Assembly: GCA_951406725.2 (NCBI GenBank)
Contig: OX597824.1
Span: 99,386,001-99,450,000 of the forward strand
DNA: 64,000 nucleotides
Reading direction: 5' to 3'
Source: Octopus vulgaris
Taxonomy: Eukaryota
In this document: piece after piece, positions 51,346 through 64,000 of the stretch
How the letters are laid out: each line of letters opens with the position of its first letter
Position numbering within the stretch: the stretch's first letter is position 1
Program-made: the position numbers and the translations under genes
Notes under the pieces: generated by a model
Told to the model about the DNA's origin: nothing
Database searches by the model: none
Seen by the model: the letters and a program-made list of their open reading frames with translations, nothing else

Positions 51346-52344
51346 GTATATACATATATATATACATACACAAATACATATATATACACATATACATATA
51401 CAAATACATATATATACACATAAATATATATATATAAATATACACACGTATAGATATACGCATATATATACATACATGCACGTATATATATATACATATA
51501 CACATATATATACGCATATAACCATATGTATATATACATATCCACAAGTATATATATATACATATACACATATATATGCATATATCCATATCCACAAGTA
51601 TATATATATACATATACACACACATATATATATATATACAAATATACACATATGTATACACACACATATACACATACATACACATATATACATATTCGCA
51701 TATATACATATATACACACACACATATATATATATACAAATATAAAATGAAAATGAATATGCATACATGTACACACATATATATAGACACAAATATATAG
51801 ACATATATATACACACATATCTATATACATATATATATATACATATATTATATACATACACATATATATACATACATATATTATATACATACACATATAT
51901 ATACATACACATATATATATACATATATTATATACATACACATATATATATACATATATTATATACATACACATATATATATACATATATTATATACATA
52001 CACATATATATATATACATATATTATATACATACATACATATATACATATATTATATACATACATACATATATATATATACATATATTATATACATACAT
52101 ACATATATATATATACATATATTATATACATACATACATATATATATACATACATATATATTATATACATACATACATATATATATACATATATTATATA
52201 CATACATACATATATATATACATACATACATATATATATACATACACATATATATATACATACACATATATATATATATACATACATACTCATACATACA
52301 CACATATATATACATACATACACACACACATATATATATATATA
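51346..52344. repeat. Degenerate TA/TACA/CA microsatellite
   Basis: Read directly. Confidence 0.93.
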
Positions 52345-52535
52345 CATCATCATCGCTTAGCGTCTGGTCTCCATACTAGCATGGGTTGGACAGTTCAACC
52401 GGGGTCTGGCAAGCCAGAAGGCTGCACCAGGCCCAGTCTGATCTGGCAATGTTTCTACGGCTGGATGCCCCTCCTAACGCCAACCACTCCGTGAGTGTAG
52501 TGGGTGCTTTTTACGTGCCATCGGCACAGACGTGC
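52345..52535 (-). mobile_element. RTE 3' tail fragment
   Basis: CATGGGTTGGAC..GGCTGCACCAGG..CTGGATGCCC..GCCAACCACTCC..GTGCTTTTTACGTGCC. Confidence 0.82.
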
Positions 52536-52549
52536 CACACCTATCTAAA

Positions 52550-53186
52550 TGTATGATACATACATATACATATGTATGTATATATGCATATGTATATGTA
52601 TGCATACATACATATGCATGTATAAGTATACATGTATGTATACATATATACGTATTTAAATGCATATATATATATACATGTATACATATGTACATGTATG
52701 TATACATATATATATACATGTAAGTATACGTATATACATGTGTATATATATAGACATTTGTATACATATATATACATACATACACATATATACACATATA
52801 TATATACATACACATATATACACATATATACATATACACACACACACATATATATATATATACAAATATACACACATACACATATATACATTCACATATA
52901 CACATATATCTAGACATATACATACACATTATATATATACACACACACACAGATTCTATAAATATATACATATACATACATTCTATATACATATATTTAT
53001 ATATAAATGTATACTCATAAATGTATAGATGCGTATCTCTACATACACATACATACTGATATAAATGTATACATATATATGAATATATATATATATATAT
53101 ATATATCCTGATATACCCATATAAACGTATACATCTAAATATATACACCCATACATATGTATATATCTATATATATTCATATAAAC

Positions 53187-53221
<35 letters not shown>

Positions 53222-53290
53222 CATACATACACAAAGGCACACATATATCCTCCTATATACATCTAGAGGTGTGTGTGTGTGTGTGTGTAT
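52550..53290. repeat. Degenerate TA/CA/GT microsatellite
   Basis: Read directly. Confidence 0.9.
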
Positions 53291-53503
53291 GGTAATAAAT
53301 GTCCTCAAATGCTAAAAGTGGAGGTAAAAAAAGGAGACATAAAGGACAGGAAGGCACGAAATAGGGGCCATGAAGGGAGAGATTGGGACAAACGAGGGGA
53401 AAATTGGAGTAAAATATGTGAATATTTGCGACTGTAATAAAAGAGAAGGAAGAAAATAAGAGATTTTCTCTCCAGATATTTTCTTATTTTGAACCCTACT
53501 CAC

Positions 53504-53614
53504 TTTACGCTTTTCCAGATTGCGGACTTTCTTCTCGACTAAGCTGAGCGCCTGTCTGAGAGGGTCTTGGACCTCATTCGAGGTCTCGGTTTTTGGTTTA
53601 GTAGAGGAAGGCAT
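53504..53614 (-). CDS. CAPRIN1: Caprin-1-like, first coding exon (MPSSTKPKTETSNEVQDPLRQALSLVEKKVRNLEKRK)
   Basis: ATG at 53614 (context GGAAAATGCC). 37 codons end AAA|GTGAGT, a canonical donor at 53503 in phase 0. The peptide matches the recalled Caprin HR1 start (human ...KQILGVIDKKLRNLEKKK, N-terminus MPSA). Confidence 0.9.
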
Positions 53615-55215
53615 TTTCCAACAGCAACAACTTTCATAAAGGGACGTCGATCTCTCTCTCTCTTACTCTCCCTCGCTGCTACTCTCTCTTTCCTCTTTGT
53701 GTTTCAATAATTGAAGGGGAGGAGAACTTCTCCTCTTCTATGTTTTCTACTGTCAACGATGTCGGCGAGGAGAAAGGGGAGGTTTTTTTCCCTCTCTATA
53801 CTTCATGCTATTTCATTATTTCTGTTCCTCCTACCATTTCATGCCATCTTTAGAAGGGGAGGTACAGTACATCCGTCATTGTGTAAAGGAGGTGTAGGAG
53901 GAGGTGCTACCTTGTTGTCACCCACTTTTGCTCTTTTTCTCCTCTCACTACAACTTTATCCTCTCTTCTTTGTAGTCATTTACTTTTACCTCCTCCCCTC
54001 AATGTCCAGTGAGGATAAAGTGATGCCTCCCTCAATTCCTATTGAGCGACGACGATGACGGGGCAAAAATATGCTGCTACTCTCTCTCTCTCTGTATTAA
54101 ACTGTTTCTCCTCTTTCTATCACTCACACATTACTCCCTCGCTATCTCTTTGTAATCAATTATTCCTCCTTCACTCTATTTACTCTTTCCCTTCCATTCA
54201 TCTATGGACCTTTAGTCTGTCTTTTCTCTCCACCATTCCTTCTCTCTCCAGTCTCTATCATTTACTTACAGACATTTACTCTCTCTCTCTATATTCGCAC
54301 AATTACGGATTCATTATATATATATATATAAATTCTATATATGATGTGGTCGTTCGACCTACTAGAAATAGCAGCAAAATCTCCCTCAGATACACATTAT
54401 TTTAAAAGAAAAAAAAGCATTCCTTGGATAATGTAGTTGTAGTAAGACAATGTCAGAAATAAAAGAGGAATGGGCATGGCTAGATTGTCTGTGACATAGG
54501 TCTACAACCCATGGCTACATAACTCTAGCGTTAGCTTTCACTGTAAGAACTGCTTGCAACACTTGGTTCCATTTGCTATTTCACACACTTTTGTCTTATT
54601 TTTGCCTTCTTTCGCAATCCTGTCTTCATTTATGTGTCTGAGAAGACAGAGAGACACATTTCAATTTCTGTGTGTATCAATAAATACATATATATGCATA
54701 CATACGCAAGCACACATACATATATATATATATATATACATATAGTTATACATACATCCACACACACGCACATAGAACTCTCTCTCTCTCCCCGGCGCTC
54801 CTGCTGCAGCCACTCCACATGACTAATTACAATTTCTTACTATTATTCGTCTTCTCTTTCTCTCTTTCTCTCTCTTCCTTTTCCTTGTACCTATCTCCCC
54901 CCCCCGGCCCCTTGGTGCACATGTACCCACACCCTCTCTGCAGATACAATTATTTGGGTACATATTTACGTAGAAATACTCAATATATATTTTGAATATT
55001 TACAGTATTTAACTCACGTATGTATATATACATACATGTATAAATATCTTGTATTCTGTATGTGTTTATTACACGTCTGTATGAGTATATATATATATAT
55101 ATATATATATTCGGCATTCTAGAAGCCTGAAGGGGTCTGGCTCACGTTAGGGACCAGCGAAGAGAGTGACACGGAACCAAATCAAACTCTTTTAAATAAT
55201 AATAATTATTATATT

Positions 55216-55248
<33 letters not shown>

Positions 55249-57200
55249 ATACACGCACATGCATATGTAGCTAAATAAATGTCCCTGTTCAAAACTCAAG
55301 TGTCCACTTAGAGACCATATGCCAAACTCCCAGAATATCTGTAAAATTCTGAAATATATTTCCAATTTTTTTCATTATATTTCATAAAACGGTAATGAAG
55401 TGAATTTAATTTCGCCTCAATGACCACAGGTTCCCTCGTTAACTCATCAGTTTTTATACTACACGTGTGGAATCACTAAATGTCCACAGAAATTCTGAGC
55501 TCTGCTTTGTCTAAAATTGACCACAAAACAGTAATTAACTCGGTTTAACTAATCTTAATGATTATAGAGGTAAAATGAAGATTTATTTCTAAATAAGGGA
55601 ATGTCCTTTCTATGTGGTCCCTTTCGTTTTCATATAAGAAGGGCTTTGTTACAGCACATAATGGAGATAGAAAGACAGATGGAAAATGACGGACACGAAT
55701 GCTGATTGCATTTCCTCTTGACCCAGACACATCTTCATCTCCATAGTTTGAAAGAAGGCGGTGGGGAAGAATGTGAAGCCATAAACTATTTTATATATTA
55801 GTAATTATTCACTCAACAGACATAGATTAAAGAGCAAAGCAAAAATTGTTTATGTGGGAATTACGACGAATGGATGAAATCTCACCGCCTTCCTCTTTAA
55901 TGGCTTTCATACAAGTGTGTGTGTGTGTGTGTGATTGTGTGTTGCTAACTTGGATAACTTGGTTATCATTAAAGCAAAAATTATATTCTGCATTTGATGA
56001 AAAATGAAATCATTCAAGACTATTGTAATATTAATGTTCCAGTTGTTAGTAATTTTTAATTTAATCCTACAACAGATTCCACCGCGTACAACATTAACAA
56101 ATGAAACCTACACCATTCATCATCTCAACCTTTCCTTTTCTCCTCTCTCTCTCTCCTCCCTCTGCATCTCTCTTCCTCTTATCTTTTCTTTCTTTCTCTA
56201 TTCGATTCTTTAATCGATAATCAATAATCTAAGAATCAATAAGGAATCGTTGCCTATTTCAGTAATTATTCCGATGTAACAAGACCCCAAACCCCAGTTG
56301 ATGTTCCTCTCTCTTTAATATCTGTTGCTGTCCAGCCTTTTACTAGAAATCCCTAAAAAATCTTGCTTTTTGTTGGAAATATAATAATTCTCTGCGAGAC
56401 GACGACAGTCGACCAACATTGTTATCGAGTTTATGATAAATGTCGTCGATGTAATTATAATAAATCAACCACGTTGCAGCAGGCACCTTTCGAGAGGAAG
56501 GAAATTTGGCCGATTGCAAGTGATTTATTCTTGTAAACTAACTTCACAATCAGGATATATATATTGTTGTCCTTCTGTTGTTATTTATTTCGTTCATTGT
56601 CTGCTGGTTGTTGATTGTTTTCTCTGTGTGAAAGTTTATTTTGCCAGTAAAAACAATGTCAAGATGACGTCAAGGAGGCGTAACTTCAATGAATGAGATT
56701 CTGCTCATTGCAAAACCTCTGTCACAGAAAAACTATTCAATTCCCATTTTCTACTGAAAATATATAAGGTCAACAAAAGAATGTGTTGATTTCTTTTATA
56801 TATACAAACCACATATTTCATCAATTCTTAATTTAGTTTTATCGGTTATTCTTTTTACATCAAAAGTGTTGGGTTTGTGAAACGAAAAGAAAAACGTTTT
56901 TTATTAAATCAAACAGATTTGCAAAAATTCTCGTTAAAATAAGCGATTCTTAATCACACTGGTTCCTTTTTATTAAAGCAAATATTAAATAAAGAATTCG
57001 ATATATTATATTTTCACATCATTAATAATAATAAAATACAGGAATCCTCCACGTTGCAGAAGTAATTCGTTTTTGAAGTCTTGTAACATTAAATCCCGTA
57101 AAATGAAGCTAATTGATTTTCATGTTAGAAAGTTGGAAGCATTCTGACGAACTTTTTCTCGGAAAACTAACAAATACAACAATAATTCGATCGCTTTTAT
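53615..57200 (-). promoter_or_regulatory. Putative 5' UTR / promoter region of the Caprin-like gene (CpG-retaining, GA-rich; palindromic CRE site TGACGTCA at 56665-56672)
   Basis: Mostly unique sequence directly upstream of the ATG with visibly retained CpG. The TSS and any UTR exons cannot be resolved from sequence alone. Confidence 0.4.
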
Positions 57201-57399
57201 GCTCGAAAATAACAATTTCTAAATAAATTCAGTACAATATGTAACCATAAAAACATTCGGTAAAAATTATGGTAGTAGAGTATTGACTATTGATGGTGAT
57301 GGTATGAATTCTCGGAGGTTGAGGATCACTGTCTTCTATCTTATGTTTCATTATCATCAACATCTACTTAAAGGGCAAAGAAATCCAAAGTTATATGTT

Positions 57400-58900
57400 G
57401 TTTTTGGCGCATCATCTCTACAGACAGTTCAGAGTATAAACTGAGCTCATAGTAAACTCTGCTTGTAAATGTTATGCTTAAGTTCATGGTTAGAGTTTTT
57501 ACCAGCAAAATGTTCCTCTATAAGTGCCAACCCTTCAGCAATAATTTTCGCATTTAAATGGAGTTGATGGAATTTCCTCATTCCCGTCCGTATTTTCAGC
57601 TTGCTTTTGTTCTAATAGCATCGGTTGTTCATTCGATAAACTTTCTCTATGAGACACCAGCAACTCAGCCACATCGTCCTCTATGACTTCTTGAGACCGA
57701 TATCACTTGCAAGTGTCACATTATCCTTCTGAATTTGATGTCGACTTTCTGCTGGTAGAAAACTTGTAAAGGCACAGATACAATCTGGCAATTCAAAGAT
57801 GAAGGTTTCATTTCATTCCATGACTCAGCTATGCTGTCCGCAGCATCCATTGTGTTGAACTTCTAGAAGTCTCTAATTATAAGTTTGCCATCCATGTCAG
57901 TTGCTTTCATAAATTGTTTGAAAGTTCTCAGATAATGTCTTGAAATTAGCTGACTCAACTCTATTCATGAGTGAGAAAAAAGAAGTTGAATTGTTGGCGA
58001 TATGTTTGATTTACTCTCACATTATCAGAAAACTGCAAGTTTACTGGGTTACTTGGGGCATTGTCTAAAGGGAGCAATGCTTTGATGAAAATATTACATC
58101 TGGCATTGTACCTTTCGACAACAAGTCAAAAAGAATGTTTGTAACCAACTCTTTGAAAAGGTTTTTAGTCATCCATGCTTTTTCATTTGAATGCCAAATC
58201 AGAGGTGGGTTAACTTTTGTGTAACCCTTGAAATCTCTTGGATTTTTGGAATGTTACATGAGAAGGAGCTTTAATTTTATATCACCAATGGAATTTCCTC
58301 AAAGAAGAGGCTGTTCTTCGCCAGAGATAAAAGTTCTCACAAGGATGTACTTTTAGCAAACTACAGTTTCATCAGCATTGTACACTTGGTCTGGTGTGAA
58401 GCTCTCTACAACAATCATTTTCTTCTGGATATTAGTAACAGCCTCTGATCAGCTCTGGCAGCTTCACTGGTCATTTTTATCTTATGCAAATTCAAGAACT
58501 TCTTAAACCTCTAAAACTAACTAGAAAAGATCAATACAAGTTTCATTTTCCATTTTCTAAACTTTTGCTTTATTTTTTCTTAATTACCATTGTACTTATT
58601 GGTACATTACATTGAGTATGACCCTTGAGGTATACATTCAAAAGCTTGTTCCATTTTAAGTATCACATTAAACCTATGAAAAAATAGGGTCTGAGCAGTG
58701 AACAGTGACTTCTTGAGCTCTTGACTTCATTCTCTCTCTATTATCACATATTGTTCCACTGTGGATATTACAAACTTTAATGTTTTGGTAATGTCGATAG
58801 GTTTTCTTTTTTTGCCCCCGTCCCACATCAAGCCATTTTTAAATATTAAGTTTAATATACAGGGTAATCCCTTCATACTTCCTTTTCACACAACAACCTT
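57400..58900 (-). pseudogene. Decayed pogo/Tigger-family transposase
   Basis: Minus-strand remnants FTPDQVYNADET, GDIKLKLLL..HSKNPR.FKG..WHSNEKAWMT and LDNAP are typical of Tigger DDE_1; many stops and frameshifts. Confidence 0.7.
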
Positions 58901-59299
58901 CAGTTCTACTTGACACTTCTGAATTGTAAATTCAACAGCAGTTACAGTCAATAATTATTCACAACAAATATACAGTTAAAAAAAAAAAAGCACTAGCAAA
59001 GAAGTGCTTTGTGAGAGCAAAAAATTGCTGTTTTAGTCGCATGGATGTGAGAATGGAAATGAGATGAAAGAATGAAGGAGTCGGGTGGGGTGAAGTGCTG
59101 TATGATTACACTTAGTTGAAGAGTTACTGGGTTTATGAGCATGTAACGGATAATGTCTTTTTGGCGTTGGTTGCCAGTTTGTAACGATAGTTGTGATAAT
59201 AATTGTTGGAGTCAGCAGTTAGCAATTGTAACGGGTGTTGATGTTGCAGATGTGCAAGATGAAGAAAGAACAGTGATTGCAGGTGTAAAGAAACTTCAC

Positions 59300-59378
59300 C
59301 TGATTATATATACACTTTAGATGAGCTGTAGTGCACCTAAGCACTGTACACAATTATTATTATTATTATTATTATTAT
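59300..59378 (+). mobile_element. 3' tip of CR1-like LINE with (ATT)n tail
   Basis: GTAGTGCACCTAAGCACTGTACACAATT(ATT)n matches the 3' end of the 62975-63895 element. Confidence 0.6.
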
Positions 59379-60048
59379 TTATTTACTGTTACTTAATATA
59401 ATGCCATGCTTCAACGGGCAAAGTGTTTTATATAAGTGGAAAAGCTCACGAGGATAAGAGAGTTAATTTCTTCTTGAATAAGTGTGTACACGTCATCATT
59501 GTAGTACTAAGAAGATAGAGATAGAGTGATGTTGCATAGAAGAGAAAATGAGAGTGAGTGAGAGTGGGAGAGTGTGGGACAAGACAACTTCTACTTTGGT
59601 TAATTCCACAATTGTTCAGATGGTCGGCCAGGCTTGGTTGCCACTGATATATATACAAGCTCAGAATGTGTCCTCACTGTCACATGATCTTAACATGCTC
59701 AATAACAAGGTACTTGTCTGTCAACTGTAAAAGAATGTGGCTGCCCTGTTCTTAAGCCAGGGACAAAGATTAACTCTTCAATGCTTGACATTTATACAAA
59801 TAACTAGGTAAGCAGTGGTCTGCCGTTTCCTAAGAAAAAACCTCAACTTTTTAAATCTCTGTATATAAAGGATAAAAAAAGATACTTCCATCTTGTCATT
59901 TACTTTTTCAGTCATTTTTAATAAATAATAAACAGACAACTAAATTTATTAAATGAGACAAACTATGGAACACTCACGTTAAGGACTGTGAGTTTCTTTG
60001 TAACATCTCAATGAATGCTGCAATTTATCAGCTTTTGCAACTTTAGTG

Positions 60049-60193
60049 CATCATCATCATCACCATCACCATTATCATCATCATCATTTAACGTCCGTTT
60101 TCCATGCTGGCATGGGTTGGACAGTTTGACTGAGGTCTGGAAAGCCAGTGTCTGCATCAGGCTCCAATCTGACCTGACAATGTTTCTACAGCT
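60049..60193 (-). mobile_element. RTE 3' tail fragment
   Basis: (CAT)n TTTAACGTCCGTTTTCCATGCTGGCATGGGTTGGAC. Confidence 0.8.
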
Positions 60194-62069
60194 TGAGACA
60201 AATGTAGTAATATTTCTAAAATTTCATCTTCTTACAAGTTAGAAAGACCCCTTCATGGGGGCTTAACACCCACAATGTAGTCATTTTATATAAGCAAAGA
60301 TGAATACGGTTGTACTCTTGGAAGCTGTAGGGTCACCCGAGCATAAAAGATGAGCATTATTTGTAATTCAATGGTACAACAGTGTAGGAATTTGCTTTGA
60401 GATATACCTAGATTGTGATTTCTGCAATGTGGTGCATAAATTGTCAAGTAAATGAGAGGCATCTTTGCCTCACTGACTCAGTTGCAAAGTGTTCAGTAAA
60501 GTTATTTGGTTGCAGATCTCCTTTGAGTATCACTGGGTCAGACATAGTCCCCAGATGGTAACATTGATTTCAAGGCCTTCCAAGATAAGTGACTGGTTAT
60601 TCAAAGACATTTATAGATTGTAAATTTATTCTGTCCAGTTACGTATCAGTATAGTGGTCATTTGCAAACTCCAGAGGTGACACTTTCATTTCCCCTTGGC
60701 CCTCACGTCACACAGTTGTTAATGTTTAAGTTGGGTCACACCCTTCAGATTGCTATAGATCCGTAATGCATCTTACGGCTGTACCTGTCACCTGGATGGT
60801 GAGGAATCCTACATTGGGGAGTAGTAACGACTAGGGTAGGGTAGCTGACTGCTTATTGTGATCATTCGTTTTTTGCTTTCCTGTAGCTTTGCTCTCTTTT
60901 ACAAACCCAGTGAACATATATTTCCTATTTCAAAGAAGTTCGAACAATGCATATAAGACCCAAGTTAAAAAGATTCTCAACAATTCAACTTCTCTGGTTG
61001 ACATTAAGACACCCACCCCCAATAGGGGCCTTAACTCCCACATTTTAGAGCTCCATGACCTCCATTTTTCAGGAGCAAAATTCTTTTAACAGGTTCTATA
61101 AGACTGGAATTTTGGAATCTGTGCATAAAGATCAGTAGTATGGGATACATGTATCATGATTGGAATTTTTTTAGGGTGTGTAAAGAGGGAAAGAACCCTC
61201 ACCTGCAATTTTGATGAAATTTGAATCATAGGTATTCCAGTTCATTAGAGAAAATATGACAGAAAAGTCTAATTCTTCAATTGCATGTAACAAGGGCAAT
61301 GCCGAGTATCTCTGATAGTTATTTATATATTTCAGTTACTGACAATATCGTTTTCATAGATTAAAGGGATGGTGGCTTGGAAGGATGGTTTACACATTTG
61401 CAAACCAAATCTAGCAGTATTTAGTTGAGTAGCTTTGTGCTCTGAGTTCAAGTTATGCTGAGGTAGACTTGCTTGTCTCCTTTTCTGATGAGTCACCTCA
61501 ATCCAACCTGCTTTATGTCCACCAGAATTTCACTTTTTATGTTCTTATATTAAACAGAAGAAGCAATGACAAAATATTCCAGCAGTTGAGCATTTTTGTA
61601 AATTAATCACAATTTAAATCTATTAAAACAGAACTGAGACCTTTGGGCAAAACACAATATATTTTGTCAGGTTCAGGGTTAAAGAGTAAAACTGTGTGTG
61701 TGTAATGAAGCTGATTTACAATAAAAAGTAAAAAAAAAAACTAACAAAAAAACAAATACTAACTCTTCAAATTATCCTGTTTATTATACAATTCCTCGTT
61801 GAAACTTTTCTGTTTCTATCTAAAGTCATTTCCGAGTGTGACTTCTACATTTGTTGTTTACCAGAGTGGGTCAGCCAGAGCAAGCTGACTAAACTATTGC
61901 AATCAGGATCATTTCAGCTTTTCCTCAAGCCAAGTTTTCCCAGAACTGTATTATCTAATATGTTCTTTCTTTGTTTTTAAAGATAGTTGGGTATGATCTG
62001 AGCTAGGTTTGGCTGCTATTTCTAGCATCTGCAGTAATCATGTTGATTCTGTCTCTGTCTTTCCCAAGT

Positions 62070-62430
62070 TGGTGATGGACACTCCTTTTTATGAAAGCAG
62101 GCCCCTCATCTGGGATGCCAGATGCTGTGACACTTGCAGAGGTAACTTGGTGTGTTCAGCTACCAGCCCAGGCTCCGCAGCCCCTCGAACTGAGAAAAGC
62201 AAATTGTCAAAGTATCAGTTACTCTCTGACAGGTTTATATTTGAGCCTGTGGCAGTGGAGACCTCTGATGTTCTTGGCCCCTGGACCATATCCCCGCTGC
62301 TCATCACTGTCAAAGCAGAGACGGTTATCCTCAAGTGTGAGTCCCGTGAGTCAGAGTAGGTCTCCCTTCAAGCACATCTCCCTTGCCATCTTCCAGGGCA
62401 AAGCCTTTGCCACTTTGTCTGCTGGGACCA
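62070..62430 (+). pseudogene. C-terminal restriction-like endonuclease fragment of a CRE-type non-LTR retrotransposon
   Basis: PLIWDARCCDT..PGSAA..EKSKLSKY..FIFEPVAVETSDVLGP..HISLAIFQGKA resembles the recalled CRE-clade C-terminus (LxWDxTCxDT..FxPxAVETxG..QRGNA). Confidence 0.6.
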
Positions 62431-62974
62431 TGAAGTGGTCTGAATGGTAGGAAATCATGAGAATGGAAGAATTTCATTGCTTTCCACATGCTTTCTCAAC
62501 TGTTTTAAGTCCCTTTGCTTAAAGACATTTTTATATTATTTCCTTATATGTTTCTGGACAAACATTTGCACCACATTTTAGAATGGAACTAGTTGAATCA
62601 ATTTAGTGGATGTGAGGTGGGGTTCCATTAAAAAAAATTGAAATTTTGAAAAAAATTCTTTATCTCTGGTTTTAGTCACCCAACTATTTTTGTATTTTCC
62701 TGCAGAAATATGTTTCTAAAACGAAAGATCACTAAAAATATGATCACATCATCAAAACCAGAATCTTTGTAGGTTAAGCACAGGGAGTTGAAAAAAAAAG
62801 TTTTGAAAAAAGATGAGAACCAAAGCAAAAAATAGAGGAGAGGAGATTAAATTAAAATCCCAAGAATGCTTTCATTAACCCTAGAAGAATCGGTTAAAAA
62901 GCCCGTCCTTCCCACATCCAGTCTGGGACCAAATCATAATGGGAAGGGACGTAACTTCGTACTGCAAGATTTTT

Positions 62975-63895
62975 ATAATAATAATGAAATTATTGTATAC
63001 AGTGCTCAGGTGCACCACAACTTGTCAGAAAGTGCATATAAAGTACATACAGTGATGTAGAAATGTCTGGAAATTGAACATGCTTGTGTGTGTATGGAGG
63101 GGAGAAAATCAAGTGTAGTGTTGGCGAATCTCAGGAAGCATGGAAGTTTTGAAGGATGCAGTGCTCCGACAACTAACAACCGATGCCAGCAGTTTGTTCC
63201 ATGCTTCAGCAACTCTCAGCGTGAAAAAATGTTTCCTGAAGTCATGGGAGCTGTGCTGTTTTCTGACTTTGTAAATATATCCACGGGTGTTAGATGGGTG
63301 GAGTTTGAAAAGGTGCTCAGAGTTATTGTTTGTAAGATGGTTGATAATTTTATGGGTGTTTGCCAAGTCATCTGCCAGACATCGGAGTTTCAATGTGTCC
63401 ATGCCCAGGGAAGTAAGGCGTTCAGGATATGGCAAATGCCTGATGGAGGGTATTCTTTTGGTTGCACGTTGCTGAACAGCTTCCAGACGATTGATATCCT
63501 GGGCAAGATAGGGGTTCCAGACCGGTGATGCAAACTCCAGGTGAGGTCTTACCATAGCTATATAAAGCCGCAAATAGATAGCCGGAGAGCGGCTCACAAA
63601 GGATTTGGTGAGTGATGCCAAGATACCCTCAGCCTTCTTGACAATTTTAGCGATGTGTTTTGTCCAACGCAAATCACTGTCGACAATAACACCCAGGTCA
63701 CGTTCACATGAAGACTTTTTGAGACTAGTGTTGTGGAGGGAGTAGGTGGACACTGGGTTTCTCCTCCCAAAATGCATGGTGGTACATTTGTCCACAGCCA
63801 GCTTGAGTTGCCAGTTCATGATCCACTGCTGCAGTGTGTCCAGGTCTGCTTGCAATAGAGATCTATAGTGTACAGGATTTTTGTCAGTCACGTGA
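62975..63895 (-). mobile_element. 5'-truncated CR1-like LINE (third lineage), (ATT)n tail
   Basis: LQADLDTLQQW..KC..ERDLGVIVDSDL..VRPHLEFASPVWNPY..LEAVQQRATK..FFTLRVAEAWNKL. Confidence 0.88.
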
Positions 63896-64000
63896 CCATT
63901 TCTTTGGTTTTAAAAAATTATGGTTCATTAACCCACTACAGAAGAGAATAACAAATGCATTCTAGCTGGGCAAATCCAGTCAATGTCTTCAATATACACA

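Noticed and set aside
53312-53503. C-terminal 63 aa of the 100-aa ORF 53312-53614
   Set aside because: Intron read-through past the GTGAGT donor; Caprin similarity continues in the 5943-6005 exon instead.
59610-59716. Possible plus-strand exon (ttcag|ATG...AAG|gtactt)
   Set aside because: Weak splice signals and no recognisable peptide; it cannot be supported without transcript data.

Overview
AT-rich animal genomic DNA whose repeat complement (tRNA-headed SINEs, RTE LINE tails ending in (GAT)n, huge (TA)n/(TACA)n arrays) looks like an octopod cephalopod; the species is inferred from recalled repeat motifs, not from a search. The host gene is a minus-strand Caprin-1-like gene. Three short coding exons (53504-53614, 5943-6005, 694-780) splice in phase 0 into a Caprin HR1 N-terminus, and the ORF track misses two of them. 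The first coding intron is about 47.5 kb. It holds roughly 18 kb of strand-polarised TA/TACA microsatellite, six CR1-like LINE insertions each embedded in microsatellite at both ends (one near-intact, with a CCCH-finger ORF1), several RTE LINEs and tails, a complete IR/DR Tc1 transposon, non-autonomous Helitrons, an inverted pair of Penelope-type hammerhead ribozyme motifs and a CpG-retaining, YY1-motif segment that may be an internal promoter. Upstream of the gene are a CpG-rich putative promoter region, a decayed pogo/Tigger transposase, a CRE-like endonuclease fragment and another CR1-like 3' fragment. All long Y/I/H/T/C/V/M ORFs are microsatellite artefacts. Repeat boundaries were read by eye and are approximate unless stated as exact.
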